Below are positions 7,743 to 17,600 of a stretch of 21,407 nt of DNA, piece by piece. A program made the position numbers and the translations under genes. Origin of the DNA: Acidobacteriota bacterium (GTDB lineage: Bacteria; Acidobacteriota; Thermoanaerobaculia; Multivoradales; UBA5704); assembly GCA_040005235.1 (NCBI GenBank), contig JBDTZG010000078.1, forward strand, positions 1 through 21,407, read 5' to 3'. A model generated the notes under the pieces. That model had not been told where the DNA came from. It was given only the letters and a program-made list of their open reading frames with translations, and searched no databases. Within the stretch, counting starts at the first letter, position 1; the number at the start of each line of letters is the position of its first letter.

Positions 7743-7820
7743 ACCAGGAGACGACCCGCCCGACAGCCATGCACCCGCATGGGTTCGTGGTGATGGATTG
7801 GGGCGTCGTCTCTACCTGGT
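7743..7820. terminator. Long imperfect hairpin between convergent genes (possible bidirectional terminator or RNA stability element)
   Basis: Arms GAGACGAC 7748-7755 / GTCGTCTC 7805-7812. Outer pair ACCAG/CTGGT. Inner pairs GCCC/GGGC, CCAT/ATGG and ACCC-gcat-GGGT. No U-tract. Confidence 0.4.
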
Positions 7821-7823
7821 TGC

Positions 7824-8366
7824 CTACTCCGGTTTCGGCTGCTTCGCCTTCGCCTTCTGTACCGGCGTGAAGCGCTCGCGGACGCCGGAGTAGGAGACGC
7901 TTTCCACGTAGTACCAATAATCCTTCGTCGGGTCGATGTCCTTGTCGACGTAGGAGTACTTGTGCGGTTCGTCCGAGGTGCCGGCGCCGGGGATCGGCTT
8001 GGCCGTCAGGCGGACGAACGGCCCCTCTTCCGTGTCGCCGCGATAGACGTCGTAGCCGAAGTTTTCGACCTCCGAGGCGGTTGACCAGCGGACCGTGTTC
8101 TTGATCTCGACCGTCGCGTCCATGGGCTTGGCGTCCTTGGGGAGCACGGCGCCGGTCGGGTTGCCGATCAGATTCGAATTTTCCGCGCCCGGGGCGGACA
8201 TGGCAGGGGGCGCTCCGGCGTCGCCTTGAGAAGCGGTCGCGGCCGGGACCGAAGCGGCCGGCGCGGGAGCGGGCTTTGCGCCGGTCGAGCAGGCGGCGGT
8301 GATCGCGAGCGCGGAAAGCCAGGCGAGTGTTGCGGCGACGGGGGAGTGCGGGGGGATCGCGATCAT
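7824..8366 (-). CDS. Probable lipoprotein with Pro/Ala linker and FN3-like beta-sandwich domain
   Basis: The true start is ATG 8366, overlapping the C25 stop (ATGA). Hydrophobic stretch ending TAA-C26. Domain VRWSTASEVENFGYDVYR...GAGTSDEPHKYSYVD...YWYYVESV. Confidence 0.75.
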   Translation of the reverse strand: MIAIPPHSPVAATLAWLSALAITAACSTGAKPAPAPAASVPAATASQGDAGAPPAMSAPGAENSNLIGNPTGAVLPKDAKPMDATVEIKNTVRWSTASEVENFGYDVYRGDTEEGPFVRLTAKPIPGAGTSDEPHKYSYVDKDIDPTKDYWYYVESVSYSGVRERFTPVQKAKAKQPKPE

Positions 8367-11134
8367 TTGGACGGTGTCTCCGCGGCCGGTTGTTGCGGCA
8401 GGGCGATGGCGCCCGCCGCGTCGCGGCCGGTTTGGGTATCCCAGAGATAGATGCGCGCCGAGCGGACGGCGCCTACGGCATCGGCTTTGCCTTTGTAACG
8501 CAGGTCGAGCTCGGTTCCCTTGGCGTGCAGCTTTTCGGTGGCGACCACCGCGCCGTTCTCGTCGAGCCAATCGACGGTGGCCTCGCCCGTGAATTTTTCG
8601 CCCGCGGCCCGGCGGGCCGAGATCGCCGGCAATGCCGAGCCGGGGACCGCGCCGGGGGACCCGGAAACCGGCGCCGCGGCGAGCACCAGCGCCTCGGGGA
8701 TCGAGAGCGGCAGGGCCGGATCGCCGAGCAGGTTGTACTGCTTGATGAATTCGTCGTCATGGCATTCGCGCTTGGTACGCGCGAGCGCCTCGCCGATCGT
8801 CAGTCCCGGGGTCAGGAGGTTTTTCACCAGCGTTTCGCTCATCTGCTTGTAGGGCGAGTTGCGCCAGGAGGCGGCGATCACCGCGATCGCCCCTTTCTTC
8901 GGCAGGCGCAGGAACTTCTCGCCGATCGAGTCGGCGGTCGGATGGTCGAACGGCGCCGAATAGCAGGTCATCGACAGGATCAGCGGCAGGCGGCGGCTCT
9001 GCGGCAGGAGGTCGAGATCGTCGAGGTTGAACAGGTCGCGGTGCTTGGTCCAATCGGGCGGCCCGGTGCGCCAGATGAACCGGCCGCCGTGGCCGATGAA
9101 ATGGACCAGCACCTCGCCCTGGCCGAGCGCCTCCACCAGGTGCTTCTGATCCAGCTCAGGAGAAGGCGCCCCCTCCGCCTGCGGCTGCGGGTAAACCTTG
9201 CGGGCGGAAAAACCGCGCGGCGAAAGGTCGCGCGCCATCTCGTCGCTCCACCCCTGCATCACCGGCTCCTCGTTGGTCACCCAGAGCACGTCGCGGCGCC
9301 AGGGGCCCAGCTCCGGCCGATCGAGGTAGGCGATGGTTTTGTCGACGATCGCCTTGACCTCTTCGGGCTCGACCACCGGCAGACGGCCGATCGCCATCTC
9401 GGGCTTCAAGTCATCGTCCTCGACGTCGACGAACCAGTTGTCGCCCGCGGCGTGGCCGTCGAAAGTGCCGTAGTTCCAGGTCGGCAGGAGGTTCCTATGG
9501 GTGAGAGCCCCGCGCTCGGAGTAGGGGGTGGAGACGATCTTTGCGAACTCGGTGCCGTGCCCCGGGTTGTAGGCGGAATCGACGAATTCCTCGCTATTGA
9601 TCTCGGCGCTCGAATGCAGGTTCTTGGGGTCCCAGGAGGCGTCCCCCACGAGCAGGACGAAGCGCGGCGCGGGCTTGGGGAAATCGCGCCAGGCATGACG
9701 CAGGAAATCCTTGATCGCCTTCGGATCGAGGATGCCGCCGTTCCACTCGTCGTACAGGTCCTCGACGTCGATCACCGCGACTTTGAGCCCGTGGCGGCGG
9801 TGCAGCTCGGCGAGCGGCTGGACCGCGGCGAGCAGGCGGGGATGAGCGATGATCAGGTAGTCGACCGGTTCGGCGAACTTCGCCCAGGCGGAAGGCTTGT
9901 CGCGCTCGATCGCGAGCGGTGCCGCCAAACCCGACGGCGGGATCGCCCAGAGCACCTTTTCGGGATGAGGAAGCAGAAAAACCGCCCGCTCGCGGCCGCT
10001 GGGCTTGGCGATCCGCGCGACCGACGCCGAAGGGATGCGGGTCCCCGCTTCGCCGTAGAGCGTGAACGGTTTGCCCGGGGGAGCCGAGAGTGTCGCGACC
10101 GCGGCGCTCTCTTCCACCTCCAGCCGCACCGGAGCCCCGGCGTCGATCTCGGGCGATCGGGGGTAGTCGACCTCGATCGAATTGAGCACCTCGACGTCGA
10201 TCAGCGACTCGCCGGTCTCGGAGTTCGGCCGCACCGGAACGCGCACCTCGACCGTGGTCTTGCCCGGGGCGACCGACGCCGCCGGGATCTCGGCCATCAC
10301 CTTCTGCATTCCCTCGGGGTTGTTCCAGGTCTGGGTCGCGACGTTCTTTCCCGCGAACCAGATCTCGACCGAGTGATCGGCGAGCAAGGGCGCCTTCCTC
10401 GCCGGCTGCGACCAGCCGCGGATTTCGACCGTCACGCGCACCGGCTGCGGATGGGCCGGATCGAGGGCCTCGGTTTCGAGATCCGAGAGGTCGACCTGTT
10501 GCGCGAAGGGCTTGGCGTCCTGCTGGGTGAGCTTGGCCCAGAACCAGAGCTCCTGCGGCGTCTCGTCCTGGCCGGGAAAGCGCAGCAGGATCGAGTCGCG
10601 CTCGAAATGCTGCCGCGCGGTGAACGCCACCAGCGCCGCGTGACGCGGCGCGCCGCCGACCGGCAGGGACATTCGCGCCGGAGCCGTCCCGTCCGAACCG
10701 GCGTCGAGCCGCAGCCGATAGACGTTCAGGTTGGAGTGCTCGTTGTAGTACGTGACCTCGCCAGCCAGCCGGTCGCCGATGAACTCCAGATGATCGCCGG
10801 GGCCGAACTGGTCGTCGCCCGCGTCGTCGATCCACATCGGCACCGGCCGGCCGCGGTTGGTGAGGCCCATCGCGGCGCTCTCGGTCTCGCCTTTCAAACC
10901 CGCTTTGGCCAGATCCTCGTACGAGACGCGGTAAACCCCCGGCTCGGAGAGGAAGATCTTGAACGCCGGGGCTCCCGGCGCTGCGGGGAGCGCGGAAGTC
11001 GTTGAAGCCATGGGCGCCATGGGAGCCATGGAAGCCGCAGCGGGTGCAGCGGCGGCGGGGATCGCCGCCCATGTGACGGCGAAGGCGAGCTGGATCAGGG
11101 ATCGAAGTCTTGGGCTAGGGCGGTTTGCGGTCAT
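8363..11134 (-). CDS. Secreted C25-family (gingipain/PorU-like) cysteine peptidase
   Basis: Signal peptide and PorU-like N-terminus (GVYRVSYEDL...DHLEFIG). VDYLII, FVLLVGDA, AGDNWF and MAIGRLPV motifs. Catalytic His in FIGHGG (codon 9089-9091) and Cys in SMTCYSAPFD (8963-8965). GAIAVIA and YNLLGDP follow. Confidence 0.9.
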   Translation of the reverse strand: MTANRPSPRLRSLIQLAFAVTWAAIPAAAAPAAASMAPMAPMASTTSALPAAPGAPAFKIFLSEPGVYRVSYEDLAKAGLKGETESAAMGLTNRGRPVPMWIDDAGDDQFGPGDHLEFIGDRLAGEVTYYNEHSNLNVYRLRLDAGSDGTAPARMSLPVGGAPRHAALVAFTARQHFERDSILLRFPGQDETPQELWFWAKLTQQDAKPFAQQVDLSDLETEALDPAHPQPVRVTVEIRGWSQPARKAPLLADHSVEIWFAGKNVATQTWNNPEGMQKVMAEIPAASVAPGKTTVEVRVPVRPNSETGESLIDVEVLNSIEVDYPRSPEIDAGAPVRLEVEESAAVATLSAPPGKPFTLYGEAGTRIPSASVARIAKPSGRERAVFLLPHPEKVLWAIPPSGLAAPLAIERDKPSAWAKFAEPVDYLIIAHPRLLAAVQPLAELHRRHGLKVAVIDVEDLYDEWNGGILDPKAIKDFLRHAWRDFPKPAPRFVLLVGDASWDPKNLHSSAEINSEEFVDSAYNPGHGTEFAKIVSTPYSERGALTHRNLLPTWNYGTFDGHAAGDNWFVDVEDDDLKPEMAIGRLPVVEPEEVKAIVDKTIAYLDRPELGPWRRDVLWVTNEEPVMQGWSDEMARDLSPRGFSARKVYPQPQAEGAPSPELDQKHLVEALGQGEVLVHFIGHGGRFIWRTGPPDWTKHRDLFNLDDLDLLPQSRRLPLILSMTCYSAPFDHPTADSIGEKFLRLPKKGAIAVIAASWRNSPYKQMSETLVKNLLTPGLTIGEALARTKRECHDDEFIKQYNLLGDPALPLSIPEALVLAAAPVSGSPGAVPGSALPAISARRAAGEKFTGEATVDWLDENGAVVATEKLHAKGTELDLRYKGKADAVGAVRSARIYLWDTQTGRDAAGAIALPQQPAAETPSK

Positions 11135-11167
11135 TCGTCGTCGGCCTCGGCTCTTAGGAGTCCGGGG

Positions 11168-11216
11168 ATTCTACCGGTTCGCGAGCCAAAGCGGGCCGCG
11201 CGCCCTGTGCTAAAGT
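11168..11216. promoter_or_regulatory. Divergent -10 elements for the C25 and ATP-grasp genes
   Basis: TAGAAT on the minus strand at 11168-11173 and extended -10 TGcTAAAGT on the plus strand at 11208-11216. Confidence 0.45.
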
Positions 11217-11310
11217 TCCCACGCCCATCCGCGCGATCGGCCTTCCAAACCTCATTGTTGAGCGAACATTAGAAGCCCGCCTGACGCGGGCTCCGTCAAA
11301 AGGGAATCGC

Positions 11311-12303
11311 ATGAAGAAAATCGGCATCCTCTTCGGACAGGAGAATACCTTCCCCTGGGCCTTCATCGATCGGGTGAACGCCAAAGCGGTCGACGGCATC
11401 GTCGCCGCGGCGGTGCGGCTCGACAAGGTGAAGCAGGGCGAGCCGGCCGGGTACGACGTGATCATCGACCGGATCTCGCAGGACATCCCGTTCTACCGCG
11501 GTTTCCTCAAGAACGAGGCGCTGCTCGGCGCTGCGGTGCTCAACAACCCGTTCTGGTGGAGCGCCGACGAGAAGTTCTTCAACAACTCGCTGGCGACCCG
11601 GATCGGCGTCGCGGTGCCGAAGACCGTGCTGCTTCCTTCCAACGAGCACCCGCCCGACACCAAGGCGGAATCGATGCGCAATCTCGCCTATCCCCTCGAC
11701 TGGGAAGGGATCTTCGAATACGTCGGCTTCCCGGCCTTCTTCAAGCCGTTCGACGGCGGCGGCTGGAAGAGCGTCTACCGGGTCAAGGATCGGGAGGATT
11801 TCTTCCGCGCCTACGGCGAGACCGGCCAGCTGGTCATGATGCTCCAAGAAGAGATCAAGTTCACGGAGTACTTCCGCTGCTACTCGATCGACCGCCAGGA
11901 CATCCAGATCATGCGCTACGACCCGGGCGCGCACTTCCACGAGCGCTACGTCCGCATTCCCGAGCCGATCGAGCCGGGGCTCTACGCCAAGCTCTACGAC
12001 GCCGTGCTGCGCCTGAACGTGGGCCTAGGCTACGACTTCAACACGGTCGAGCTGGCGGTGCGCGACGGAATTCCCTACGCGATCGACTTCTGCAATCCGG
12101 CGCCGGACGCCGACCTCAACTCGATCGGCGCCGACAACTTCGAGTGGATCGTCGAAGCGGTCGCCAACATGGCCATCCGCCGAGCGCAGGCGCACAAGCC
12201 GGGGCAGAACAACTGCACCTGGGGGACGTTCCTCCGCACCTACGCGGAAGGGGCGAACGATCTGGCCCAGCGCACCACGTCGGAAGTGGCGGCGCGGAAG
12301 TAA
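11311..12303 (+). CDS. ATP-grasp ligase (RimK/glutathione synthetase-like superfamily)
   Basis: YDVIIDRIS, LNNPFWWSADEKF, VAVPKT, GFPAFFKPFDGGGWKSVY, MMLQEEI and DFNTVELAVRDGIPYAIDFCNPAPD. Strong C/G-ending codon usage. Confidence 0.85.
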   Translation: MKKIGILFGQENTFPWAFIDRVNAKAVDGIVAAAVRLDKVKQGEPAGYDVIIDRISQDIPFYRGFLKNEALLGAAVLNNPFWWSADEKFFNNSLATRIGVAVPKTVLLPSNEHPPDTKAESMRNLAYPLDWEGIFEYVGFPAFFKPFDGGGWKSVYRVKDREDFFRAYGETGQLVMMLQEEIKFTEYFRCYSIDRQDIQIMRYDPGAHFHERYVRIPEPIEPGLYAKLYDAVLRLNVGLGYDFNTVELAVRDGIPYAIDFCNPAPDADLNSIGADNFEWIVEAVANMAIRRAQAHKPGQNNCTWGTFLRTYAEGANDLAQRTTSEVAARK

Positions 12304-12308
12304 GGTCC

Positions 12309-13220
12309 CTACAGCTCCGTCCGGGCCTGCCAAAGCTCGGGAAACAGGCGGGTATCGAGCACCCGGCGCAGGTACGGCACCCCTTCGGTACCGCCTGTGC
12401 CGGGTTTGGCCCCGATGATCCGCGACACCGTCACCAGGTGACGGAAGCGCCACTGGAGGAACGTATCCTCCAGGTCCACCAACTCCTCGGACAGCTCATA
12501 CAGCTCGAAGTGCTTGCCGCTGTCGCGGTAGATGGCGAGCCATGCCGCCTCGACGGTCGGATGCGCGACGTAGGGCTGGGTGAAATCGCGATCGAGGACG
12601 CCCGGGTCGATCGGGAAGCCGCGCCGGGCGAGCAGGCGGATCGCTTCGTCGTAGAGCGAGGGGGCGGCGAGCGCCCGGTTCAGGATCTCGATCAGGTCGG
12701 GGCGGTGGGCGTGGGGACCGATCAGCACGGGGCTCTTGTTGCCGAGATAGAACTCGACCAGGCGGTACTGCCACGACTGAAAGCCGCTCGAATGGCCGAG
12801 GTGCGGCCGGATGCGCGCGTATTCAGAAGGCGTCAAGGTGGCGAGCACGCTCCAGGCTTGGACCAGCTGCTCGAGGATCCGCGACACCCGGGCGAGGCAC
12901 TTGAACGCCGGGGGAAGCTCATCGCGCCGGATCTGCGTCAGCGCCTGCTCCAGCTCGTGGAGCATGAGCTTGATCCACAGCTCGCTGGTCTGGTGCTGGA
13001 TGATGAACAGCAGCTCGTTCGGATCGTCCGAGCGGGGATGTTGGGCGGTCAGGATCTGATCGAGATTGAGATAGTCGCCATAGCTCATCCGCCGCTCGAA
13101 ATCGGTCGTGGCGCCGCCCAGGCGGTCGCTGGGATCGGTGTCGCCCGTCGTGGGTGCCGCTGCGCCGGTCGCGCCCAGGGGGCACCCGCGGTTCTCGAAC
13201 GGTTCGGTCGGATTGGACAT
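12309..13220 (-). CDS. kynA: Tryptophan 2,3-dioxygenase
   Basis: [62 protein letters not shown] and FPELWQAR. The true start is ATG 13220, overlapping the kynU TAA (TAATG). The track's longer ORF extends upstream into kynU in another frame. Confidence 0.96.
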   Translation of the reverse strand: MSNPTEPFENRGCPLGATGAAAPTTGDTDPSDRLGGATTDFERRMSYGDYLNLDQILTAQHPRSDDPNELLFIIQHQTSELWIKLMLHELEQALTQIRRDELPPAFKCLARVSRILEQLVQAWSVLATLTPSEYARIRPHLGHSSGFQSWQYRLVEFYLGNKSPVLIGPHAHRPDLIEILNRALAAPSLYDEAIRLLARRGFPIDPGVLDRDFTQPYVAHPTVEAAWLAIYRDSGKHFELYELSEELVDLEDTFLQWRFRHLVTVSRIIGAKPGTGGTEGVPYLRRVLDTRLFPELWQARTEL

Positions 13221-14524
13221 TAGGTGACCGCCGCCCGACGATGATATTCCGGCCGGTCCCAGGCGCCCGTGGCGAGCAGCTCGCCGAGCGTCTCCGCCGC
13301 ATCCCCAATATCGACGAAGCGCAGGTAGAGCGGCGCGAAGCCGAAGCGCAGAATGTCGGGCGCGCGGAAATCGCCGATCACGCCGCGCGCGATCATCGCC
13401 TGCATGACCGCGTACCCCTGGGGGTGGTGAAAGCTCACCTGCGAGCCGCGTTCGTGCGCGTTCCGCGGGGAGGCGAGCTCCAGGCCGGAGCCTTCCCTCG
13501 CGCGGGCCTCGACGCGCTCGATGAACAGGTCGCCGAGGCGCATCGATTTTTCGCGCAGCGCTCCTGGGTCCGCGGCGAGCACCGTGTCGAGCCCGCAATC
13601 GAGCGCGATCATCGACAGCACCGGCGGCGTTCCGCAAAGGTAGCGCGCAATCCCGGGCGCCGGCCGGTAGGCGGGGTCGAAGTCGAACGGCGCCGCATGG
13701 CCGAGCCAACCGGAAAGCGGCTGCGCGAACGCCTCCTGGTGGCGTGGAGCGACCCACAGGAACGCGGGCGCCCCCGGGCCGCCGTTCAGGTATTTGTAGC
13801 CGCAGCCGACCGCGAAATCAGCGCCCGCCGCGTTCAGATCGACCGGCATCGCCCCGGCGGTGTGCGCGAGGTCCCAGATCGCGAGCGCCCCCGCGCGATG
13901 CGCCGCCGCAGTCAGGCGCGCCATGTCGTGCACGCGCCCGGTCCGGTAGTTCACATGGGTGAGCATCAGGACCGCCACGTCGCCGGAGGTACCGAGCGCG
14001 CTCTCGATTGCCTCGGCGCTCGGATCGATGTCGAGCAGCGTCAGCTCGTAGTCTCCCCCGAGCAGGCGGACCAGTCCCTGCGCCATGTAGAGGTCGGTCG
14101 GGAAGTTGTCGCGCTGCGAGACGATCCGCCGCCGGCCGGGGGAGAGCGCGAGCGCCGCCGAAAGGACCTTGAACAGATTGATCGAAGTCGAGTCGGCGAC
14201 CACGGTCTCGCCGGGCAAACCGCCGATCAGCCGGCCGATCTTGTCGCCCAGCACCGCCGGCAGGTCGATCCAGCCGACGCTGTTCCAACTGCGGATCAGG
14301 TCGTGCCCCCACTCTTGCTCGATCGTGTGGCGCACCCGCTCCGCGGTCGTCTTGGGCAACGCACCGAGCGAATTGCCGTCGAGGTAGATGACGCTCTCCG
14401 GCAGGACGAACCGATCGCGATGGGCGCGGAGCGGATCTGCCGCATCGAGGGCGGCGAGATCGTCGCGGGGGACGGCCCGAGAGACGGCCCGGGGTTCGGC
14501 GACGGCGGTCGATCGTTCGGTCAT
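13220..14524 (-). CDS. kynU: Kynureninase (PLP-dependent)
   Basis: [55 protein letters not shown] (PLP Lys), GWLGH, GTPP and RGSQVS. ATG 14524 (MTERS) is preferred as start. Confidence 0.96.
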   Translation of the reverse strand: MTERSTAVAEPRAVSRAVPRDDLAALDAADPLRAHRDRFVLPESVIYLDGNSLGALPKTTAERVRHTIEQEWGHDLIRSWNSVGWIDLPAVLGDKIGRLIGGLPGETVVADSTSINLFKVLSAALALSPGRRRIVSQRDNFPTDLYMAQGLVRLLGGDYELTLLDIDPSAEAIESALGTSGDVAVLMLTHVNYRTGRVHDMARLTAAAHRAGALAIWDLAHTAGAMPVDLNAAGADFAVGCGYKYLNGGPGAPAFLWVAPRHQEAFAQPLSGWLGHAAPFDFDPAYRPAPGIARYLCGTPPVLSMIALDCGLDTVLAADPGALREKSMRLGDLFIERVEARAREGSGLELASPRNAHERGSQVSFHHPQGYAVMQAMIARGVIGDFRAPDILRFGFAPLYLRFVDIGDAAETLGELLATGAWDRPEYHRRAAVT

Positions 14525-14653
14525 GGCCGCAGACGATAGTCCACGGAGGCCGGTGAAGAGAAGCGGCGCGGCTCCATGTCTCACTTCAAGGGTCGGTGGG
14601 CACCCCCAAGGTTGAATGGACCGACCCAATAGAGAGACCAAGAGTTAGCCAAC

Positions 14654-17600
14654 TTGTCCGAATTGCCGTCGACGGAGCGGGTGGTAGAGGAGCGCGTGGA
14701 CGGTCCACCGGCGGCGGAGCGCGTTTGCGTTCTCGTGGTCGCGCCGATGTCGTTCGGCCAGGAGGCGCTCTGGTTTCTCTCGCGGCTCGCGCCCGAGTCG
14801 CGCGCCTACCATCTGTGCGGTGCGGCGCGCCTGCTGGCGCCGTGCGACGGCGAGCGCCTGGAGCGTGCCTTCGCGGCCCTCGGCCGACAGCACCCTGTTT
14901 TGCGCACGACGTTCGGCGAGGCGGCGGACGGCACTCCGGAGCAGCGGGTGGGAGCCGGTCCCGGGATCGCGTTCTCACAGGCGTCCGTCGACCAACCTGA
15001 TGACTGTGATTCCCTGCTGCGCCGGGAGCTGGACCGTCCGTTCGACCTCGAACGGGGACCGCTGGTCCGCGCCGGGCTGATTTCGACCCGCGACGGCGAG
15101 TGCGTGCTCTGGCTCGCCGCCCATCATCTGGTCGCCGATTTCTGGTCGCTTGCGGTGATGCTTCGGGATCTGGGAACCGCCTACGCGCAGGGTGGCGAGC
15201 CGGTGGAGGTCGAATCCTCGGCAGAGCCACAGCTTTCCTACGCCGAGTGGGCGATCCGGCAGCGCGAGCGGGCGGCGGGCGAGGGGGAGCGCGAGCTGGC
15301 CGCCTGGAAAGCCGTCCTGGCGGGAGAGCTGCCGCGCCTGGAGCTGCCGACCGACCGGCCGCGGCGGGCGAAGACGACGTGGGCGGGCGGCGGAGTCGAT
15401 CTCTCGGTTTCGGCCGATGCGGTGCGCGCGCTCGGCCGTAGCGCAAGGGCAGCGAAAAGCAACTTGTTTTCCGCCCTGCTCACGGCGTTTCAGGCATTCC
15501 TTGCGCGTCTTTCGGGCCAGAGCGATCTGATCGTCGGCGCGCCGACAACCGGGCGCTTTGGCGCGCGGGTGGCCGATCAGGTGGGCTATTTCGTCAACCC
15601 GGTGCCGGTGCGTGCCGACCTGTCCGGCGATCCGACGTTTGCCGAGCTGCTCGCGCGCCAGAAGCCGACGATCGAAACCGCGCTCGCGCTCCAGGCCTAT
15701 CCGTTTTCGCGCTTGGCAGAAGAGATCCAGCCGGAGCGCGATCCCGGCCGCTCGCCGATCTTCGACGCGATGTTGGCTTACGAGAAGGCGCGCGGCGGCG
15801 AGGGGTTCTGGGGCTTTGCGCTGGGACTCGCGGGCACTCGCGTGGACCTCGGCGGCCTGGCGCTCGAATCGCTGCGGGTGGAGCCCTCCGGCTCGGCGTT
15901 CGACCTGGCGCTCGCGGTTTCCGAAGTGGCCGGCGGCCTCGCCGGATCGCTCCGTTTTTCCACCGAGCTGTTCGACCGCGCAACGGTCGAGCGTTGGGCC
16001 GGCTGGTTGGTGCGGCTGATCGAGGGTGTCGCCCACCAGCCGGCGCTTCGCCTTTCCGATCTGCCGCTTTTTTCCGCCGCGGAGCGCTCGGAGCTTCTCG
16101 CCTGGGGAGAAGGGCCGCCGGCCCCCGCTCCCGTTCCCGGCGAACTCGAGCCGCTGCTGATCGATCACCACGTGGCGGCGCAGGCCTTGCGGACGCCTCA
16201 GGCGCTCGCGGTCGAGGCGGCTGACGGGCGGTACACCTATGCGGAGCTGATGGCGCGCGCCGACGCCCTGGCGGGCCGGCTGGTGCGGCTCGATGGTGGA
16301 GAGTGCGGCGCGGAGCCGATGCGCGTCGCCATCTGCCTCGACCGCTCGGCCGAGTTCGTGGTTGCCCTACTGGGTGTGCTGCGCGCGGGCGCCACCTATG
16401 TGCCGATCGATCCGGCCTACCCGGAAGTGCGGCGAGCCCAGATGGTCGAATCCGCGGGCGCCGTGGCGATCGTCACCCGAAGCGAGCACGCGGGGCCTTG
16501 GTGCGCGGGCGTGGCCTTGATTGTTCCCGACAGTGAGTTCGATAGTGGGCTCGACGCTCCGCCGGAGCGGTTCGGCAGCGAGCCGCTGGACCTCGGTGAA
16601 AATCCGTCCCTCCGCTTTCGAGATCCTGACCAGCTCGCCTACGTGGTCTTCACCTCCGGCTCGACCGGCGCGCCGAAGGGCGTTGCGATCTCGCACCGCG
16701 CCGCGCTCCATTTCATCGGCTGCCATCTCCGCTATTTACTTTGGGTTCCCGCGGACCGGAGCGCGCAGATCGTCGGCCCCGGCTTCGACCCGATCGTCGC
16801 CGAGATCTTTCCGGCGTTGATCGTGGGCGCCAGCCTGCACGTGCCGTCGGCCGAGGTGCGGCAGTCGCCCCCGCGGCTGCTCGCCTGGCTCGCGGCCGAA
16901 AGGGTGAGCGTGGCACTTTTGCCGACGCCGCTCGCCGAAGCGGTGTTCGCCGAACCGGCCGCCGCGGTCTTGCGGCTGCGCGTCCTTCACACCGGCGGCG
17001 ATCGGCTCCACCGCGGCGCGCCCGGCAGCTTCCGTCTGGTCAACCAATATGGCCCGGCGGAAAACTCGGTGGTGACCACCTACGCCGATGTCGCGGTCGA
17101 CGATCCGAATCCCTCGATCGGCCGGCCGATCGAGGGCGTGCGGGTCTACCTGCTCGACCGATGGCAGAACCTCATGCCCACCGGCTCGGTGGGGGAGTTG
17201 GTGGCGGCGGGTCCTGGTCTCGCCCGCGGCTATCTCGGCGATCCGGCGCAGACCGCGGAGCGATTCCGGCCCGACCCCTTCGCGGCTTCTTCAGGCGGCG
17301 CCCCCGGTTCGCGGATGTACCGGACCGGAGACCTCGCGCGGTTCCGCCGCGAACCGCCGCACGAGATCGACTTCCTCGGCCGGATCGACCATCAGGTCAA
17401 GATCCGCGGCCAGCGGATCGAGCTGGGGGAGATCGAAACCGCCCTGGTGGAAATCCCCGGCGTGCGCGAGGCGGTGGTCCTGATCCACGAGCTCACCCCT
17501 GGAGATCGCCGGCTCGTCGCCTTCGTAGTCCTTTCCCGCCAGACCCCTCTACTCCCCGACGCCGACCTGATCGAGCCGTTGCGCCGCCGGCTGACCGACG

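Noticed and set aside
8327-11005. 892-aa plus-strand ORF and other long alternative ORFs (885-1811, 2341-3969, 9594-11072, 11556-13223, 13154-14539, 14975-16171, 19139-21103)
   Set aside because: These are antisense or off-frame shadows of well-supported genes. They are expected at high GC, are Arg/Gly/Pro-rich and carry no motifs.
11007-11033. 9-bp tandem repeat (GCCATGGG-like x3) encoding MAPMAPMAS in the C25 N-terminus
   Set aside because: In-frame low-complexity linker after the signal peptide. Copy-number change would not shift the frame.
7296-12303. Graspetide/RiPP cluster pairing the Cys-rich ORF with the ATP-grasp enzyme
   Set aside because: The Cys-rich protein has a Sec signal and no repeated Thr/Ser/Lys-Asp/Glu cores. 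The ATP-grasp gene is 3.6 kb away, cytoplasmic and separately transcribed.
13221-13757. N-terminal extension of kynA in the ORF track (482 aa), and the similar extension 8367-8570 of the lipoprotein
   Set aside because: Both overlap the upstream gene in another frame. Stop/start overlaps (TAATG, ATGA) mark the real starts.
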